Assembly: GCA_902561325.1 (NCBI GenBank)
Contig: CACEOL010000003.1
Coordinates: 15,805 to 79,804 of the forward strand
Source: an uncultured SAR86 cluster bacterium
GTDB taxonomy: Bacteria; Pseudomonadota; Gammaproteobacteria; Magnimaribacterales; AG-339-G14
Reading direction: 5' to 3'
DNA: 64,000 nucleotides
How positions within the stretch are numbered: the stretch's first letter is position 1; the number at the start of each line of letters is the position of its first letter. Positions 62,377-64,000 of this stretch are shown here, piece by piece. The position numbers and the translations under genes are program-made. The notes below the pieces were generated by a model. The model was given only the letters and a program-made list of their open reading frames with translations, made no database searches and was not told where the DNA came from.

Positions 62377-62972
62377 TTAATATGCTCCTCTAGAATTTTC
62401 TTCAATTCATTGTGGGATGAAGCTGTTAGGAGATGAGGATATTCTTCTTTTATGTGCTTTGGAGCCTGAAAAAATATTCCCAAGTCAGCGGTATTTAGCA
62501 TATTGATATCATTATAAGAATCTCCTGAAGCAAAAACTTTAAACTTTAGTGATTGCAAAGCCTCAATTACCTTTTGTTTGTTGTTAGGCTGTCTAAGTTT
62601 GTAACCTGTAATTTTATCGTTTTTAACTGTCATGTTGTGGCAAATAATTGAGGGATATCCTAGCTTTTCTACTAGAGGCCAAGCTAATTCATAAAAGGTA
62701 TCAGAAACTATAGTGACCTGAAATTTTGATCTTGCCCAATCTAAGAATTCTTGAGCTCCATCAAATGGAGCTATATCTCTAACTATTTTTTGGATATCGC
62801 TTAATTTAATATTTTTTTCATTCACCACTTTCATTCTTAAAGACATGAGCTCGTCATAATCTTTAAGATCTTGTGTGGTTAACATTAAATCATCTGAATT
62901 AACTTCCTTTGCAAGACATTGCCAAATTTCGGGGATAAGAACTCCTTCAAAATCTAAACAAAGATGCACCAT
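62373..62972 (-). CDS. thrH: ThrH-like phosphoserine phosphatase / homoserine phosphotransferase
   Basis: 199 aa, collinear with Pseudomonas ThrH as I recall it (LDFEGVLIPEIW, VSDTFYE, GDSYND). Confidence 0.78.
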   Translation of the reverse strand: MVHLCLDFEGVLIPEIWQCLAKEVNSDDLMLTTQDLKDYDELMSLRMKVVNEKNIKLSDIQKIVRDIAPFDGAQEFLDWARSKFQVTIVSDTFYELAWPLVEKLGYPSIICHNMTVKNDKITGYKLRQPNNKQKVIEALQSLKFKVFASGDSYNDINMLNTADLGIFFQAPKHIKEEYPHLLTASSHNELKKILEEHIK

Positions 62973-62974
62973 CC

Positions 62975-63949
62975 TTACCTTCGGATGAGTTTAATGTTTT
63001 CGAATACTTTGTCTAAATCTTTTTTAGATTTTGTAGCACAAGCCTTGGCAACAATTTTTTTTGTAAGGTGCGGAGCAAACATATTGATGAATTCGAATAA
63101 GTGACTTCTAAGATAAGTTCCTCGCCTGAAACCCATATATGTTGTACCAGAGTCAAAAAGGTGATTAGCAGGTATTGAAATTAAATCTTTATCTTCTTCT
63201 TCATTAAAAGCCATGCTAGCAATGATTCCTACTCCGGTTCCCATTTTTACATAGGTTTTTATTACATCTGCATCAGTTGCAGTGAAAACTACATTTGCTT
63301 TTAAACCTCTCTCAAAAAAAGCTCTGTCCAAATCATTGCTTCCAGTAAAACCAAAAACGTATGTGACTATAGGATACTGAGAAAGATCCTTAAGTTTTAT
63401 TTTGGGTAATGAGGCTAAAGGATGTCCTTTTGGAACAATGATACTTCTTGACCATTTGTAACAGGGCATTTTCACAAGATTTTCACCCTTTTCTGTTGTT
63501 TCTGTCCAAAGCGCTATATCAACTTCTCCTTTAGCTGCCATTTCAACAGACTCATCGGGCGTACATTGGTGCATTTGAAAGTGAACATTAGGATATCTTT
63601 TAACAAATTTATCCACTACTTTGGGTAAGGTAAATTTAGCTTGAGTATGAGTGGTTGCAATACTCAAGGTACCATACTCTTCATCTGAAAATTCTGTTGC
63701 AGCATGTTTGATGCCATCAACTAAAGCAAGGATTTCTTCAATTTGCTCAAGAATTCTCTCTCCTACAGGAGTAATCGCAACAAGGTGTTTGCCCGATCTT
63801 TCAAAAAGCTCTACATCGAGCTCTTCTTCTAAAAGCTTGATTTGCTTACTTATCCCAGGCTGAGAAGTGAATAAGGTTTTTGAAGCTTTAGAAACATTTA
63901 AGTTGCTTCTTGCTACTTCTCTAACATATACAAGTTGCTGAAATTTCAT
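62975..63949 (-). CDS. LysR-family transcriptional regulator, CysB/Cbl-like
   Basis: 324 aa. The N-terminal MKFQQLVYVREVARSNLNVSKASKTLFTSQPGISKQIKLLEEEL is very close to the CysB HTH region. Confidence 0.85.
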   Translation of the reverse strand: MKFQQLVYVREVARSNLNVSKASKTLFTSQPGISKQIKLLEEELDVELFERSGKHLVAITPVGERILEQIEEILALVDGIKHAATEFSDEEYGTLSIATTHTQAKFTLPKVVDKFVKRYPNVHFQMHQCTPDESVEMAAKGEVDIALWTETTEKGENLVKMPCYKWSRSIIVPKGHPLASLPKIKLKDLSQYPIVTYVFGFTGSNDLDRAFFERGLKANVVFTATDADVIKTYVKMGTGVGIIASMAFNEEEDKDLISIPANHLFDSGTTYMGFRRGTYLRSHLFEFINMFAPHLTKKIVAKACATKSKKDLDKVFENIKLIRR

Positions 63950-64000
63950 CTCTAAGGGTTAATTTACTATATTTCAGTTAATTATAAAAAACTTTATTTT

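Overview
This is an AT-rich (roughly 30-35% G+C by eye, not computed), extremely gene-dense chromosomal segment. It holds about 65 protein-coding genes and 3 tRNAs (Arg-CCU, Ser-GCU, Asn-GUU). I saw no rRNA, CRISPR array, transposase, integrase, phage genes or long repeats. Content is almost entirely housekeeping: ligA-zipA-smc; the complete system-I cytochrome c maturation operon ccmABCDEFGHI; hisI; metY; a small acyl-CoA cluster (enoyl-CoA hydratase, carboxyltransferase, aldehyde dehydrogenase); galE-wzi; lysC-alaS; purL; uvrB; cysS/ppiB-lpxH; acnB; a 13-kb string aroC-leuCDB-asd-fimV(remnant)-truA-trpFBA-accD-folC-cvpA-purF; a penicillin-acylase-family lipoprotein; and cysB-like/thrH/prpBCD (methylcitrate cycle). 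The synteny blocks (smc-zipA-ligA, alaS-lysC-tRNA-Ser, lpxH-ppiB/cysS, leuCDB-asd-fimV-truA-trpF..accD-folC-cvpA-purF) are those of Gammaproteobacteria such as Pseudomonas and E. coli. Low G+C, tiny or negative intergenic spacers and shrunken proteins suggest a genome-streamlined, probably marine planktonic lineage; this is inference only. I did not find a convincing self-contained novel multi-gene system (defence, secretion or mobile element). The items most worth a second look are: (1) an 810-aa SMC orthologue with no recognisable hinge domain; (2) a structured metY leader with terminator, antiterminator and pseudoknot potential (candidate SAM-II/SAM-V-like riboswitch); (3) a 100-aa vestigial FimV; (4) a solitary Cas4-like PD-(D/E)XK nuclease abutting tRNA-Asn; (5) an overlapping acidic/basic small-protein pair (unknown protein plus TIGR03643/DUF2805); (6) the near-total absence of intergenic DNA, including interlocked stop codons at convergent gene ends.
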